The position numbers were made by a program, and so were the translations under genes. A stretch of 63,995 bases of DNA, the filler included, from Bonamia ostreae (taxonomy: Eukaryota), in NCBI GenBank assembly GCA_040357525.1. It is 12 parts of 12 records of this genome, joined end to end, with 100 filler letters (N's around TTAATTAATTAA, not from the genome) between each part and the next. Parts side by side here need not be neighbours in the genome. Positions count along the whole stretch, not along the records: positions 1 to 5,290 come from JBDODL010000206.1; positions 5,391 to 10,677 come from JBDODL010000207.1; positions 10,778 to 16,050 come from JBDODL010000208.1; 9 more parts are not named here. The stretch is one strand, 5' to 3'. How positions within the stretch are numbered: the first letter of the stretch is position 1; the number at the start of each line of letters is the position of its first letter. Positions 1-12,204 of the stretch are shown here, in pieces. The notes under the pieces were generated by a model. The model was given only the letters and a program-made list of their open reading frames with translations. It ran no database searches and was not told the origin of the DNA.

Positions 1-3000
1 TGAACGCCGAAGAAGAAAGAAACGATTTGAACAAAGAAAGAATATTCAAAATGACCGAAAGTCTCGCAAAACAATATGACATTTTAGTCCCTGCCGGTAC
101 AGAAATTTTCCAAGCGGAGCATTTATTGCAAAAACTTTGCTCCTTTTCTATATTAAAACACACAAAACTGAAAAGTTTTGTAGACGAATTTTTAATGGTT
201 TTGATATTATGTCTCGATTTTTGTCGCCCATTAAAATTTTGTGCTTTAAGTTTTTAAGGACTTTTAATGTTTTAAGGCTATATTGCCGTTTCACAATTAA
301 TGGCAATATAGTTTTCATTTTTTCAAATTTTTAATATAAATTTATCAGTAAGATTAAAATATAAAAAAATGAATTATAAAGAACGAGGAAAAACTTCGAA
401 AAAATCTAGAAAAATATCAGCAAAATTTGGCCACAGAAAATCAAATATTAAAACAACTGTAATTTTTTTAAAAATTTAAGAAAAACGGAAATAAAATCAA
501 CGGATAACAAATTAAACGCAATTCAAATCAGATTAAATAAAAACAGAGACAAACAAAAAATGTCCAGCGCTGCTAAAAATCAAATTTCAAACATTCAAAA
601 TAAACTGAAAGTTAAAATTTGTAAATTTAGAACACTTTAAAATTAATCGAAAACGCAAATTTTGAGCAAATCGCGAGCGAATTTAAAACTGACATTAAAA
701 AATTGGAGAAAAAACTAAAAAATTTGGAGATCGATCTTGATTTGCATCGATTACAAGTTCGAAAAATTATTTTCTTGCAATAAATATCCAATTTTATTTT
801 CGCAATAACATTTTGTTGTAATAAAGTCGAGTAAAAGCGAAATTGTCAATGAAAAAATAAAAACGTTAAATGAAAAGAAAAAAGCTTTTCAAAATAGACT
901 AAAAACTTCAATTGAACTTTTAAGTGATTTTAACGATATCAAAATCGACGAAAAATCTGCAGATTTTAGTCAAATCTATTTTGACTTGATCACGAAAAAG
1001 TTTCAATTTTGCAATTTTGATCACCAAAAATGATTTTAGAAATAACGAAAATGAATCGAAACGAGACGAACTAGAAAAAACTATTATTGGACAAAAGTCC
1101 GAATTCGGAAATTTATCCGGAAAAATCTCGGTAAAATCACTTATAAATTTTATTTATTTGACCAAAATCACAACTTCAAAATAACCAAAAACTGAATTCT
1201 AAAAATAGATAACGAACAGTGAAATAAAAAAATTACAAAAAACAAAATCGAAAAACAAAAAATTAATCTTTAAAAAAGATAAAATTGATTTCCAATTGAA
1301 AGAAAATAGGAAAGAATTGCAAGAATTAAATTCAAAAATCTCTTTTGAAAAAGCTGCAATTTGCATTTATAAACGGATCGTTAAAGTTAAATTTTTAAAA
1401 TTTTTTTAACAATATTAAAATTCGAATTATAAAAATTTGGATCAATTTTAAAAGAAATTATCCGATAACAAAATCTGCCCGATTTGCGATAGAAAACTAT
1501 TTCCAAAAGACGTTGAAAGAGTGCTCAACAAAATAAACGAAAAAATTGGTTCTTTCGAAGATAATGAAAATTCTCAGAATTTTAAAAGTTGCAAAAATTT
1601 AAATGAAAAAAAAGAAATCGAAGAGATAAAAGTTGAAATCGAAAAACTCGAAAAACTAGTTCCGATAAATAAAGAACTGAAAGAATGCGAAAGATCTTTG
1701 AACGAGAAACAATCCGAATACGAAAAATTTCGAATTAATTTGAAAAACGTTTTAAAAATTTAACAAAAAAGTGTCAAAAAGAGTTAGTAAAAAACGAAAA
1801 AGATTTTAAGAAAATTAAAAATGAACAAACAAAAATTTTAAACGCGGCAAATGACGCAAAAGAGATTTCAACGCTTTTTTCCGAAATCGGAAAATTGAGC
1901 GATCAAATCGAAAAAGAAAAATTTGGACTAAAAACAAATGTTTTAAATGGAAAATCTGTCAATTATGATCAAATCAAAAAAGATCATCAATTTTTTAGAG
2001 TTTTTTTCAATTTAACTTTCCACCAAAATTTAATAAAAATTATAAATATTTTAAAAAATTTTCAAATCGCAAAATTAAAAAAAAATTGAAAGAACTTGAT
2101 GAAAGAAAAAGAATCAAAATTAGCAAAAACGAGGGAAAGAAAGGAAAAACTGTTCGAGACCAAAAACGAACAAATTGTTTAAAATTAAAATTTAGATGTC
2201 TTTGTCCAAATTAAGAAAAAACGAAAGCGAATATCAAAATTTAGTCAATGAAGAAAAAAGATTTTTAAACGAAATTAAAACTAATAAACAAAATCTAAAG
2301 TTTTATAATTTTCGGACTTTGCGTTATTATTATAAATAAATTGTTAATTAAATTTGTTAAAAGAGCTTTAAAAACGAAAATTGGAAAAATGGATATAATT
2401 GACGTCGAAAAAAGTATTAACGAGATTCAGAAAGAAATGAGAGAAAACTCGCTTAATTTCAAAATGAGTTTTCAGAATTTTTTTTTAATGCGAAAAATGT
2501 AAAATTGAATAGTCGAAATTGCTAAATCTTTTTAAAATATTAGAAAAAGATGAAAAAGAAGAAGAAATCAAAAAATTGGAAAAAGAAAAAACAGAATTTG
2601 AAAGCGTTTTGAAGCATTTGAAATTATATTCTTCACTTGAAATCGAAAGAAAACAAATAAAAAGATTATTTGAAGTTTTTATTGAAAAGAAAATTTTAAA
2701 AAATTAAGAAAAACAAAAAGAAAAAGTCGAGTTTGGAACAAGTTCTTAAAACAGAAGAAAAATCAATTTTAGAAATAAGAGAAAGTTTGAAAGAAAAGGA
2801 ACAAAAAGTAAAAAATTTTGAAGTTTTGATATTAAAATTTAGCAAAATGCAAAATTTAGAGAAACGGAAAAAGAATATTTAAAAATCGTAAAAGAACGAA
2901 ATGATTTGAAAAGTAAAGTTGAGAGATCTTTTGGAGAAAACGAATTGTTTTCAAAATACGAAGAAGCCAAAAAGTTTTAATTTTGAGAATTTTTAGGAAA

Positions 3001-4395
3001 ATTGGTGATTTGAAGAAAATGTTTTTTGAATCTGACGGACGGAAAAGCGCATTTAAAGATCAGGTTTTTATAATGACGAATTTTTTTATAAATTCCATTA
3101 ACAAATAACAAAAATTATCTCGAATAAAATCGCAATAAAAAAATTTGCAAAAACAAAAATTATCGAAAAATCTCAACAAAAACAAAATAAATTTGCAAAA
3201 AACAAAAATTATCTGATAAAATTGTCAAATTAAGGCAATTGAAATATCGAACACAATAAAAAACAACGAATCGTTCGAAATGATCGAAGATCATTTCAAA
3301 GACACTCTGATCAACTTGGAAACAAATTTGGTCGCAAATAAAGATTTGGATTTGTATCAAAAGGCGCTGGACAACGCTCTCATTGAATTCCATTCGATCA
3401 AAGTTTAATTTCTTTCAAAAAAACATTTACATTTTCCAAAAGATGAAAGAAATCAACGCTATTTTAAAAGTTTTTTTTACAAAATTTAAGAAATATTGGA
3501 AATTGGTTTATAAAGGGAACGACATCGATTTTATCGAAATCGTCTCGAATTGCGACGAAAATACAGTTCAAAGAACATCAAATCGAAATTATAATTATTT
3601 CGTTCTGATGGTTTGCGGTAAATTTTCTTTTTCTATTAAAATTTTGCTTTCNNNNNNNNNNNNNNNNNNNNNNNNNNNNNNNNNNNNNNNNNNNNNNNNN
3701 NNNNNNNNNNNNNNNNNNNNNNNNNNNNNNNNNNNNNNNNNNNNNNNNNNNATCAAATTTTCTTTTTCTATTAAAATTTTGCTTTCATTCACAAAATTTT
3801 TGAAATTCGTTATTTTTTATCAGCGCCATTTTAATCAAATTTTCTTTTTCTATTAAAATTTTGCTTTCATTCACAAAATTTTTGAAATTCGTTATTTTTT
3901 ATCAGCGCCATTTTAATCAAATTTTCTTTTTCTATTAAAATTTTGCTTTCCGAAAAATCAAAAATCAAATAATTAAGGCGACGCAAAGTTAGAAATGAAA
4001 GGTCGTTGTAGTGCTGGTCAGAAAGTTTTGGCTTCTTTGTTAATCAGATTATCTCTCGCAGGTTCATTTCCAAAACCAAAAAATTTTTGTTAATTTTGAG
4101 CCATTTTAGAAAACTATTTTAACAAAAAACAGAAACGTTCTGCAAAAACTGCAACATTTTGGCTTTGGACGAACCGACTTCAAATTTGGACGAAGAAAAC
4201 TCAAAATCGTTTGGAGAATCGTTGAACGAATTGATAAAAAACAAAAGAGATTTTGACGACTTTCAACTTTTGTTGATAACGCACAACGAAAAGTTTGCAG
4301 AACAATTGGGACGGAAGAACGATTTGGAGAGCTTTTATCGAATCGGAAAAGATAAAAATGGTCATTCCAAAATTAGTAAAATTGATTGGAAATAA
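1..4395 (+). CDS. RAD50: DNA repair protein Rad50, multi-exon, 5'-truncated
   Basis: Long coiled-coil exons; zinc hook CPIC at 1476-1487; C-terminal [24 protein letters not shown] signature, [13 protein letters not shown] Walker B/D-loop and LLITH H-loop; many short GT-AG introns. Confidence 0.95.
3618..3950 (+). repeat. 82-bp tandem repeat inside a RAD50 intron (intron 3618-3977), spanning an assembly gap
   Basis: Unit atcaaattttctttttctattaaaattttgctttc... starts at 3752, 3834 and 3916; partial copy before the N gap. Confidence 0.9.
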
Positions 4396-4675
4396 TAAAT
4401 TGTTGACTAATTTTGGCCATTTTTATATAAAAGCGATTTACAAAATTTGATTTTTTGCGATTTTGTAATTTTAGAAACATTTTAGAATTTAAAGAAGCGG
4501 ATAATTTTCACAGAAAATCAAAAATTTAAAATCGATTTTAGCGGAAAATGGAAAAATTGCAAAAACTCAAATTTCAGAATTTACGATATTAAAACAGCAA
4601 CGAGAAATCATTAAGCGACTGCTAAATTCCATTACATTAAAAACACAAAACAAGAAATCGGCTAAATAATAGCAA

Positions 4676-5082
4676 ATGGCAACAGTTTTTAAACTTTACA
4701 AAACAAGACCAAAACACAGTTTATTTCTTATTTGGAATCGAATGGCGTAATCGAAGCGCTTTCCGACGTTTTATTGGAAATCTACGAAAAAGACAGTAAA
4801 CCGGAGAACCCTTTGAATTTTATAAAATCAAAGTTTTCGCCGGAAAAAGCGGAAAACAAATCTGAGAAGGAAGAGATCGAAAACCTCAAAAAACAATTGG
4901 CCGAAAAAGAAGAAAAAATTAAGGCGCTTTTAAAACAAATCGAAGATTTGAAAGACGAAAATGCCCAAAAAGAGGGGGCAAATAATGGAACGGATTTGAA
5001 AAGCGAAAAAGAGGAACAACCGATAGAAACAGATAAAAAGAGTGAAGAGACCAATAACGGTAATCAAAAAATGGAAGATTAA
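4676..5082 (+). CDS. MYCBP: c-Myc-binding protein (MYCBP/AMY-1)-like
   Basis: ATG 4676 plus a 23-nt intron gives MATTKTQFISYLESNGVIEALSDVLLEIYEKDSKPENPLNFIK followed by a coiled coil. Confidence 0.75.
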
Positions 5083-5290
5083 ATTGTATCTTTGTCAATT
5101 TTTTTATTGCCATTTTGCAATAATTTTTATTTATTAATAATAAAAGACCTTTTTATATTGATAATTTTTGGCATTTTTTGGCATTTTCAAATATTATTTT
5201 TTATATTTTTTGCCTATTTTCAATATTATCTTGACATTTTCAAATATTATTTTTCATATTTTTTTGCCTATTTTCAATATTATTTTGACA

Positions 5291-5390
5291 NNNNNNNNNN
5301 NNNNNNNNNNNNNNNNNNNNNNNNNNNNNNNNNNTTAATTAATTAANNNNNNNNNNNNNNNNNNNNNNNNNNNNNNNNNNNNNNNNNNNN
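5291..5390. other. Artificial contig linker N-TTAATTAATTAA-N; also at 10678-10777, 16051-16150, 21421-21520, 26780-26879, 32133-32232, 37477-37576, 42820-42919, 48162-48261, 53496-53595, 58825-58924
   Basis: Identical 100-nt spacers with a six-frame stop core; contig lengths fall steadily (5287, 5273, 5270, 5259 ... 5229). Confidence 0.98.
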
Positions 5391-5529
5391 CATATTGCCC
5401 CGTCAGACCCATTGCCTCACCATCATTGTTGAGCCCATTGTCGCACTCTGTGTGAAACTTTGAGTCGATGTTTGACCATTAGGTTGACAATTTATCATCT
5501 TTTGCCAATTTTGACCAATTGGTTAAAAA

Positions 5530-5805
5530 TTGATCTTTTTGCCAATTTTATTAAAAAGAGCGTCGATTCCATTGGATTATGGATTAACTTACGGAGACGA
5601 ATATTATTTGCCGGAAGAGTTTCGTTATAAAGATCAACCGGTTCCGCGAAGACTGGACCCGCGGCTTCGGAACGAGATGGAGAGCGACCTCGGATCAAGC
5701 GGATTTCAGATTTTGCGCCGACCGCAAAATCTGAAAAACGAAGCTAAAAGCGAATGGGGAAAGCGCGCGCAACGGCGCCGGAAAGAACGGGAAAAGAAAA
5801 AGTGA
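5530..5805 (+). CDS. Hypothetical protein, 3' exon of a truncated gene
   Basis: Higher-GC ORF with a basic C-terminus (KRAQRRRKEREKKK). Confidence 0.5.
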   Translation: MIFLPILLKRASIPLDYGLTYGDEYYLPEEFRYKDQPVPRRLDPRLRNEMESDLGSSGFQILRRPQNLKNEAKSEWGKRAQRRRKEREKKK

Positions 5806-6096
5806 CTGCATTATTGTTTAAACAATTTGAAATTTGCCATTTTCAGATTTTGTTTTTTGGAAAGTTGTTGTTTTCATGAAAATAATAAACTTAATATCAA
5901 TTTTTGATAATTTCCTTTTTAATGGATAAAAACCAAAAATTTTAAATTTTCTTTTTAATCAAACAACAATAAATTTATCAAAATTTTTGATCGATAAAGA
6001 AATTTTTATAAATTAAGGCAAAGCTGAAATCTTTTTAAGTGATATTTAATTCAATTTTCGAATAAATGGCAAAAGTAATCCAAATTTAATGTTTGT

Positions 6097-6540
6097 TCAT
6101 TTTTGAGGAACGCATTTTCGCTCTCCGTCGATAGAAAATTTGATCGCGTCATATTGGACTTTTTTGTGCGTCAAATCAATTTTGCATTTAGCGCAGCATT
6201 TCGAACTGTAAGCGCAGCCATCGCAGAGAATGTGATATGCTCTGTAGATCGATTTGTTCCCACAAGAAGCGCTGTTTGGCAATAAATAAAATTTTAGCAA
6301 TTAAACCATTTTCTGGATTGTTTGAGGATTTTGTACTTGTTGGTGCGCTTTCTCCATTCGATGATTTGTTTGCAGTGTGTGCAAAGTTGGAATGTCGGCA
6401 TCGACGCGATCAACTTTTTTCTTTTGGATTTGTGGTGCCCTGCGCTAATGTCTTTGCTGTTGAAGGGTTTTTGCTGTTGTCTCCTTTGAATTGGATTCTG
6501 TTTTAGAAAACTTTTTTGCTATCGATTTTCGTTTGGCCAT
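6097..6540 (-). CDS. C9orf85/DUF2039-like Cys-rich protein, 2 introns
   Basis: Spliced product contains CTHCKQIIEWRKRTNKYKIL...CASC...YHILCDGCA...CCAKC. Confidence 0.8.
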
Positions 6541-6882
6541 TTTCGATTATATCAGAAGTCTTAAAAACTATTCAAACTTCCCGACTCGCTATTCTCCCTT
6601 AAAAAACAATCCGGCATTTTGGCAATCGGTCATTGCACAAATATTAATTACCGCGGAATAAAACAATTTGAATTTTGTGGGATAAAATAATGAGAAAACT
6701 TTTTCTGAACTCAAAAATTTAACTTATCGACTTTTCGTGACCACAAAGAAAACTTATTTTCTCATTATCAAAATCAGTAAACATTTAACATCGAAAACGA
6801 AAAAATTGTCTTTAACTTTATCGACTAAAAAAGTCACCCCAAAAAAGTGTCTAAAACTATCGACTAAAAAAGTCACTACAAA

Positions 6883-7678
6883 ATGCCATTAATATACGCA
6901 AAACACAATACTCAAAATCCAAAAAAAGCTCTAGCCCAAATGATAAGCAGAACGCCATTATCCAACACCAACCTGAAATGCTGGCAGAAGGCGTTGATGA
7001 TAACAGGATCCGGAATTCTAAGCCTCGCCAATCCTTACCGCGACGACCTGGTCGCCGCGCTCGGCGAACTGACCGGCGAAAGGGCTCTCACCGCCATCCG
7101 AAACAAGATGCTCAAAAACCCCACCGGCAGAGCCATTTTAAAAGAAAAGCCGAAAATCACATATAAATCGATCGACTTTGAAATGCTCAGAAACTTACCC
7201 AAAAACTCTTTCGGTAAAGTCTATTCCGACTACATGACCGAACGTTTGTCCGCCTCAAATTTTAGACGGAATCTCGCCCGATTCGAGAAAAGCGGTGAAG
7301 TACATTAAAGACCCGGAACTGGCGTTCGTCGCGCAGAGACACAGAGAAGTGCACGACTTTCTGCACGTGCTCTTCGGAGCGCCCACGAACACTTTTGGCG
7401 AGTTGGCTTTGAAGGTTTTTGGTCTTACGGAAAAGTTGTTCGAGTACCTTTCTACGGGATTGCCGATGGCCGGAGCCGCGGCACTGTTTGGGCCGTTGCG
7501 GATGTCGTTGGCGGACAACGCAAACTTTTTCGGCGTGGCCGTTCCGTGGGCTTTTTACGCGGCGCAAAACGCAGTGGATCTGATGTGCGTCCGCGTCGAA
7601 GATCAGTTCGAAAAAGACTTTAAAGTGCTTTTGGGCGAATTGCGAATCGTCGACTTTCCAAAAAATTTAAAAAGTTGA
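6883..7678 (+). CDS. COQ4: Ubiquinone biosynthesis protein COQ4
   Basis: NPYRDDLVAALGELTG, HREVHDFLHVLFG, GELALK..FEY..TGLPM; introns 7244-7265 and 7415-7435. Confidence 0.95.
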
Positions 7679-7681
7679 AAT

Positions 7682-8218
7682 TTACTCGTTATCTTCCGTT
7701 TCGGCTTTTCTGCTTTCTTTATTAAGCTCTTTTGCAAATCCGTTCATCAAACATTCAAAGTTCTGCTTGTTGAATCCTCCGAGCTTTTCGTCGCTTTTGT
7801 GCGTCATTTTCAGCGCGGGTGTTCTGAAGAAGCTCATGTTGTTGCCCACAAAATTGGAAAGTCGTGGCTTGGCCGCGGCCACAATTTTTTTCGCGGCTTT
7901 GGCCGCTGTGCGTGGGTCGTTGTCCCAGACCAAGTCGATTTGGTGTCGTTTTCGGTCGTAGTTTAAGTTCTGTACTTGGAACCCGATCGATTTCAGGCTC
8001 GAATTGGACGTTGCCGTCTCGTTGTTCTGGGCAAACTTTTGTATCAGAAAAGACAGTCTTTTGTTTATCTTGGTCGCGCTAAACGAATTTGCGTTCATTC
8101 GCGACAGATCGTTTTCAAATTTTGCGGTAAATGGTCGCTTTGAGCAAGCTGATTTCAGGTTCGCTTTTGGCCGTTTGAGCAAGTTTTGAGCAAGCGCGGT
8201 TAAAACGGTTTTGGGCAT
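7682..8218 (-). CDS. Putative mitochondrial ribosome-binding factor A (RbfA-like)
   Basis: Basic presequence-like N-terminus; C-terminal AAKPRLSNFVGNNMSFFRTPALKM resembles the RbfA LR..L...R.P.L.F pattern. Confidence 0.5.
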   Translation of the reverse strand: MPKTVLTALAQNLLKRPKANLKSACSKRPFTAKFENDLSRMNANSFSATKINKRLSFLIQKFAQNNETATSNSSLKSIGFQVQNLNYDRKRHQIDLVWDNDPRTAAKAAKKIVAAAKPRLSNFVGNNMSFFRTPALKMTHKSDEKLGGFNKQNFECLMNGFAKELNKESRKAETEDNE

Positions 8219-8312
8219 TTTGTGTTTATATCGGTTATTTTAATGTTTAAAAAAATTGGGATGTGCGATGTAAAGTTTTAAGTGCAATTTTGCGAGTTAA
8301 TTTATTTTAAAA

Positions 8313-9137
8313 TCAAATTATTTTAATTCCGTATTTCGTTGTCAAGTGTTCCCAATACAGTTTGATATCGCTTTCTTCCAAAACGCGCAATCTCTTGTTT
8401 TCCGCTTCATCAAAATCAATGCTCTCCAAGATGTCGATTTCCTTTGTTCTGTAAAAATCGTAGTCGTTTTCCCCGAGAGACTCTATTAGTTCAGAAAAAT
8501 ATCTTTTTTCCTCGGAGCCGATATAAAATCGAAAAATCTGTTCGAACAAAATCCTCAACATCTTGAATGCTTTTCTGGCGTTCTTGTTGTGTAGATCCTC
8601 GTCGTATGTGTGTCTCCGTACATGGAGTATAAAAGACGTATCCATAAAACAAAACTGACCATGCTCATTGAAGCAAATGTTCGTTTCGTCTACTTTCCGG
8701 AAAACCATCCCGATTAAACAGCACTGTTCAACCGATATTATCGCGGAAACAATTAATTTGAGCAATTTCTCTCTACCAAAGTCGATGTTTCTCAAGTGAA
8801 AAGTTAAGGTTCCGCCTTTTTGAAATTTAAGCCAAAGAGAAGTCAAGTTGTTCTCATCGCTGAAGCCTAATATACAGGGATAGAAAGATAGCTCTTCGTT
8901 GAGTATTGATTGGATTCCTTCGATGTTTGTTTTTTCGTCAACTACATAAACAGTATAAAGGTCTTCGTCTTTTCCTCTGTACAAGTAATAGTCACTCTCA
9001 GAGCCATATTGAATGATCCCTAAACAAATGCTCATGTTTTGTGAAAAGTATGGGATGCTTAACGCCTCTGTAAATGGGATGATTTGATCACTTGTGTATA
9101 GCGATTGGATATTTTCTTGTGATTGGTCAGAGTTCAT
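8313..9137 (-). CDS. Divergent protein kinase-like protein, probable pseudokinase
   Basis: LKFQKGGTLTFHL (subdomain V-like); MVFRKVDETNICFNEHGQFCFMDTSF in place of HRDLKPEN...DFG. Confidence 0.6.
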   Translation of the reverse strand: MNSDQSQENIQSLYTSDQIIPFTEALSIPYFSQNMSICLGIIQYGSESDYYLYRGKDEDLYTVYVVDEKTNIEGIQSILNEELSFYPCILGFSDENNLTSLWLKFQKGGTLTFHLRNIDFGREKLLKLIVSAIISVEQCCLIGMVFRKVDETNICFNEHGQFCFMDTSFILHVRRHTYDEDLHNKNARKAFKMLRILFEQIFRFYIGSEEKRYFSELIESLGENDYDFYRTKEIDILESIDFDEAENKRLRVLEESDIKLYWEHLTTKYGIKII

Positions 9138-9245
9138 TGTTTTTAGGAAAGTAATTTTATAATTTTGTTTCGTTTTATTTGCTTTAATGCAATAATATTT
9201 CAAAAATAATAATATATCTATACAAAAATTATAATATTTCGGTGT

Positions 9246-10677
9246 TTATTTAATTATTGGCAAATTAATAAATTCAAAGTTGAATTGATAGTATTTTAAC
9301 AGATTTTTGTTTTCGTTAATAATTCTAAAGAAAAATATAAATTTGGAAATGATTTCTTTTGTTGACAAGTTCAAGTACTTGGGAGTCATATTTGACATAA
9401 AAATGACAATGAAACCACAAATTGATTGTCCAAGAAGAGAGCTGCCGTAAACTATCTTAGTCAAAATACCTTGAGGGCCGATGAGGCTGTTAAGCCATCT
9501 GTTAAATAAATGTCTTGTACATTCAAAGGCAATGCAAACTTTTAAACTCAAGGTAGTCATTGCGAAATTGTACTGATATTTGTTAATGTTTGCGGTTGTG
9601 GAATTGCTAACTCTAGGATTTGAACCCTGGCTACATGATTGGCGTAGCCAAGTGCTAACCAATAGACCGATATCTTGAATATTTGTTTTAAAAGTTTTGT
9701 ATTTACAGACAACTCGGTTGAAGAAGATTTTTTAGATAAACAAATAATATAAATATATAAATCTTTAATCAGAAGGAGAGGGGGATCAACCAGAAGCAAA
9801 AGAGCAAGCCGATGTCGTACAAAATCAGGTAGAAAACCAAATTAGGAATACCCTTGCACGCAATATCGAGGAAGTAAACGTACAGTTCGTAGGCAAAATC
9901 GCAAGATTCTGCATTTTTGATCTCCTTTACCAAGCCATTCTTTCCTCCCCAGTCTTTTGACAAATCATCGTACAACCGGATTAAATCTGAAACAAATGGC
10001 CCCATGAATGTTCGCACGACACCATTGGGATCCACATCTGGTTGGCGGCTGCCAGTCAAATAAAATAAACATTCTGCTTTGCCATATGCTCAACAAGCTA
10101 CGCATACGCGTGAATACGTCATAACCCCGTTCAATGTAGTCCAAAATATCTTTGCCGTGCAATCTCAAGTCACCATAAAAAGCCTTTCGATGTTTAAATA
10201 AAAACATTCATCAAGTTCGAATCTTTCTTAAAAATACAAGTGTGCGCAATTTCCATTATCACGTGGTAAGCTGTGTCGTTTTTTGCCTGACCGAAGGTGC
10301 TCCACTGTGCAAAGCAACTTTTACTGTCTGTAAAGTACTCGCCTCTAAAGTAATAAAATTTGATGGGCTCGAGGTCGTCAGTGATGTCTTGGCGTTGAGT
10401 TAAAAACCTCTTATAAAGTAGCAAGCCCACATTAATCGTAAATAGATCATGTATTTCGCGTAAAGCATCACAAAGCTCAAAATAAGATGCACCGTAGAGA
10501 TGAATTTGAAGCTAATTTTCCAGCTGAACTTTATTCGGAGGATGAAGTAGATTGACATGAGTAGAGGAATTCCGTATTGGATGATGGCCATGTTTAGAAC
10601 GAACACCATCGCCAGGTTTCTTGAATACATGAGGATGTCATCAAAATAAGTGAATACGCTACCGTATTCGGTTATTT
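9246..10677 (-). CDS. Hypothetical multi-pass membrane protein, multi-exon, 5'-truncated
   Basis: Series of minus-strand ORFs with hydrophobic segments separated by short gtttt...ag gaps. Confidence 0.5.
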
Positions 10678-11255
10678 NNNNNNNNNNNNNNNNNNNNNNN
10701 NNNNNNNNNNNNNNNNNNNNNTTAATTAATTAANNNNNNNNNNNNNNNNNNNNNNNNNNNNNNNNNNNNNNNNNNNNAATCAAAATTTTTAAAAAAGTTT
10801 TAGACAAATTCCAAATCTAGACGAAATATTTAAGTCGGATAAATCTGAAAATAGTGAAACAAGTTTTAACAAATTGGATAACGTCTTTATTTTTTCACAA
10901 AATTAAAGCAAAGATTAAATTAAAAAACAAAAAGTTCCAAAAGCTAAAATTTAAAAAAGATAACAGTAAAAGCAGAAAAATCCTTTCTATCACATAACGT
11001 CTTTATTTGTCCAATAATGAAAGAAGAAATGGAATTGAACGACCATGCAGTCAAATTGCCATGTGGTCATGTTGTCGCAAATTCTTCCATTCGAAAAGTG
11101 CATAAAAGGAATTGTCCGAGTTGTCTGAAAAGTTTCCGATATGACAAAATTGAAAAAATTGATTTGTAATTTAATCGAATTTTTTCGACTTTTGGAATTT
11201 TAGCAAATTTATTATCTTCGATTTTTGTAAAATAAATATTGAAAAAATGCAAATT

Positions 11256-11564
11256 TTATTTATTTCCGTCTGGATCGCGCAGCACAACAATAACAGAATC
11301 GCCTCTTAAAAATAATTTGCTGATGTACCTGTCTCTGTTAACCATTTCACTCTTTTTATCTTTGGACCTTACGTTCTCTGTCCAAAATTCAGTGACGTTT
11401 TCTAGCACCATGTTCATATGTCTATCGAAAGATTTAACGTAAGCGAGAAGTTTTTTGTTGTTTCTGCAATTTACAAGGACTTTTGTGTTTTTGCGGACAG
11501 ATTCAGCTAACACAGCCATCGGTCCGTTTTTGAGTATTTCTGTTTTTTCTGTCGTTGTAGTCAT
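11256..11564 (-). CDS. SNRPD2: Small nuclear ribonucleoprotein Sm D2
   Basis: GPMAVL...[29 protein letters not shown]...[19 protein letters not shown]. Confidence 0.97.
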   Translation of the reverse strand: MTTTTEKTEILKNGPMAVLAESVRKNTKVLVNCRNNKKLLAYVKSFDRHMNMVLENVTEFWTENVRSKDKKSEMVNRDRYISKLFLRGDSVIVVLRDPDGNK

Positions 11565-12204
11565 TTTTAAGCTTTAGCTTCTAAAAAAATTATATTGAGT
11601 TGTCTAAAATATTGCGTTTTTTCAAATTTGTCTAATTTTAATTTAGATAGAACGTCTTTGGAAAATAACTAAACAGCAAAGACGTTCTTTGAGACTTTGA
11701 ATAAATTTAACAAAAAATGAGACTTAAAATGAATAAAAAATAGAAAAATATTTATTCAGACTTTACAAAAGGGACATCCCATATTTAGTAAAATATTATC
11801 GGAACAGATTTTGCAAGAAAAAGAAACTAATTAAAGACGAAATTGAAACCAATGAACACTTTTTAGAAAATGTTTTGGCAATAAAAAAGTAGTTTTATAG
11901 GAACTGCCAATGGATGACAAAACAAAACAATAGCGTCAGAGTCTATTAAAAAGATTAGTTTGACGTCAGAAGGGATGCCATCTTTAAAAACAAATTTCTA
12001 AAAACAAATTTTTAAAATACAAAATGTGTATATTAATCAACAAAACTAAATTCCAGATTTGATTTTATAAAATTGTAAACGAAATTTCTCAAATGGTAAC
12101 CAAATTTAAATCCGATATACACCACAATCAATTGTTTTGACAATTTGAGAAATTTGTTTCTACAGATCAGAAAAATTTATTTTTATCAAATCTTTAAATT
12201 TCAA

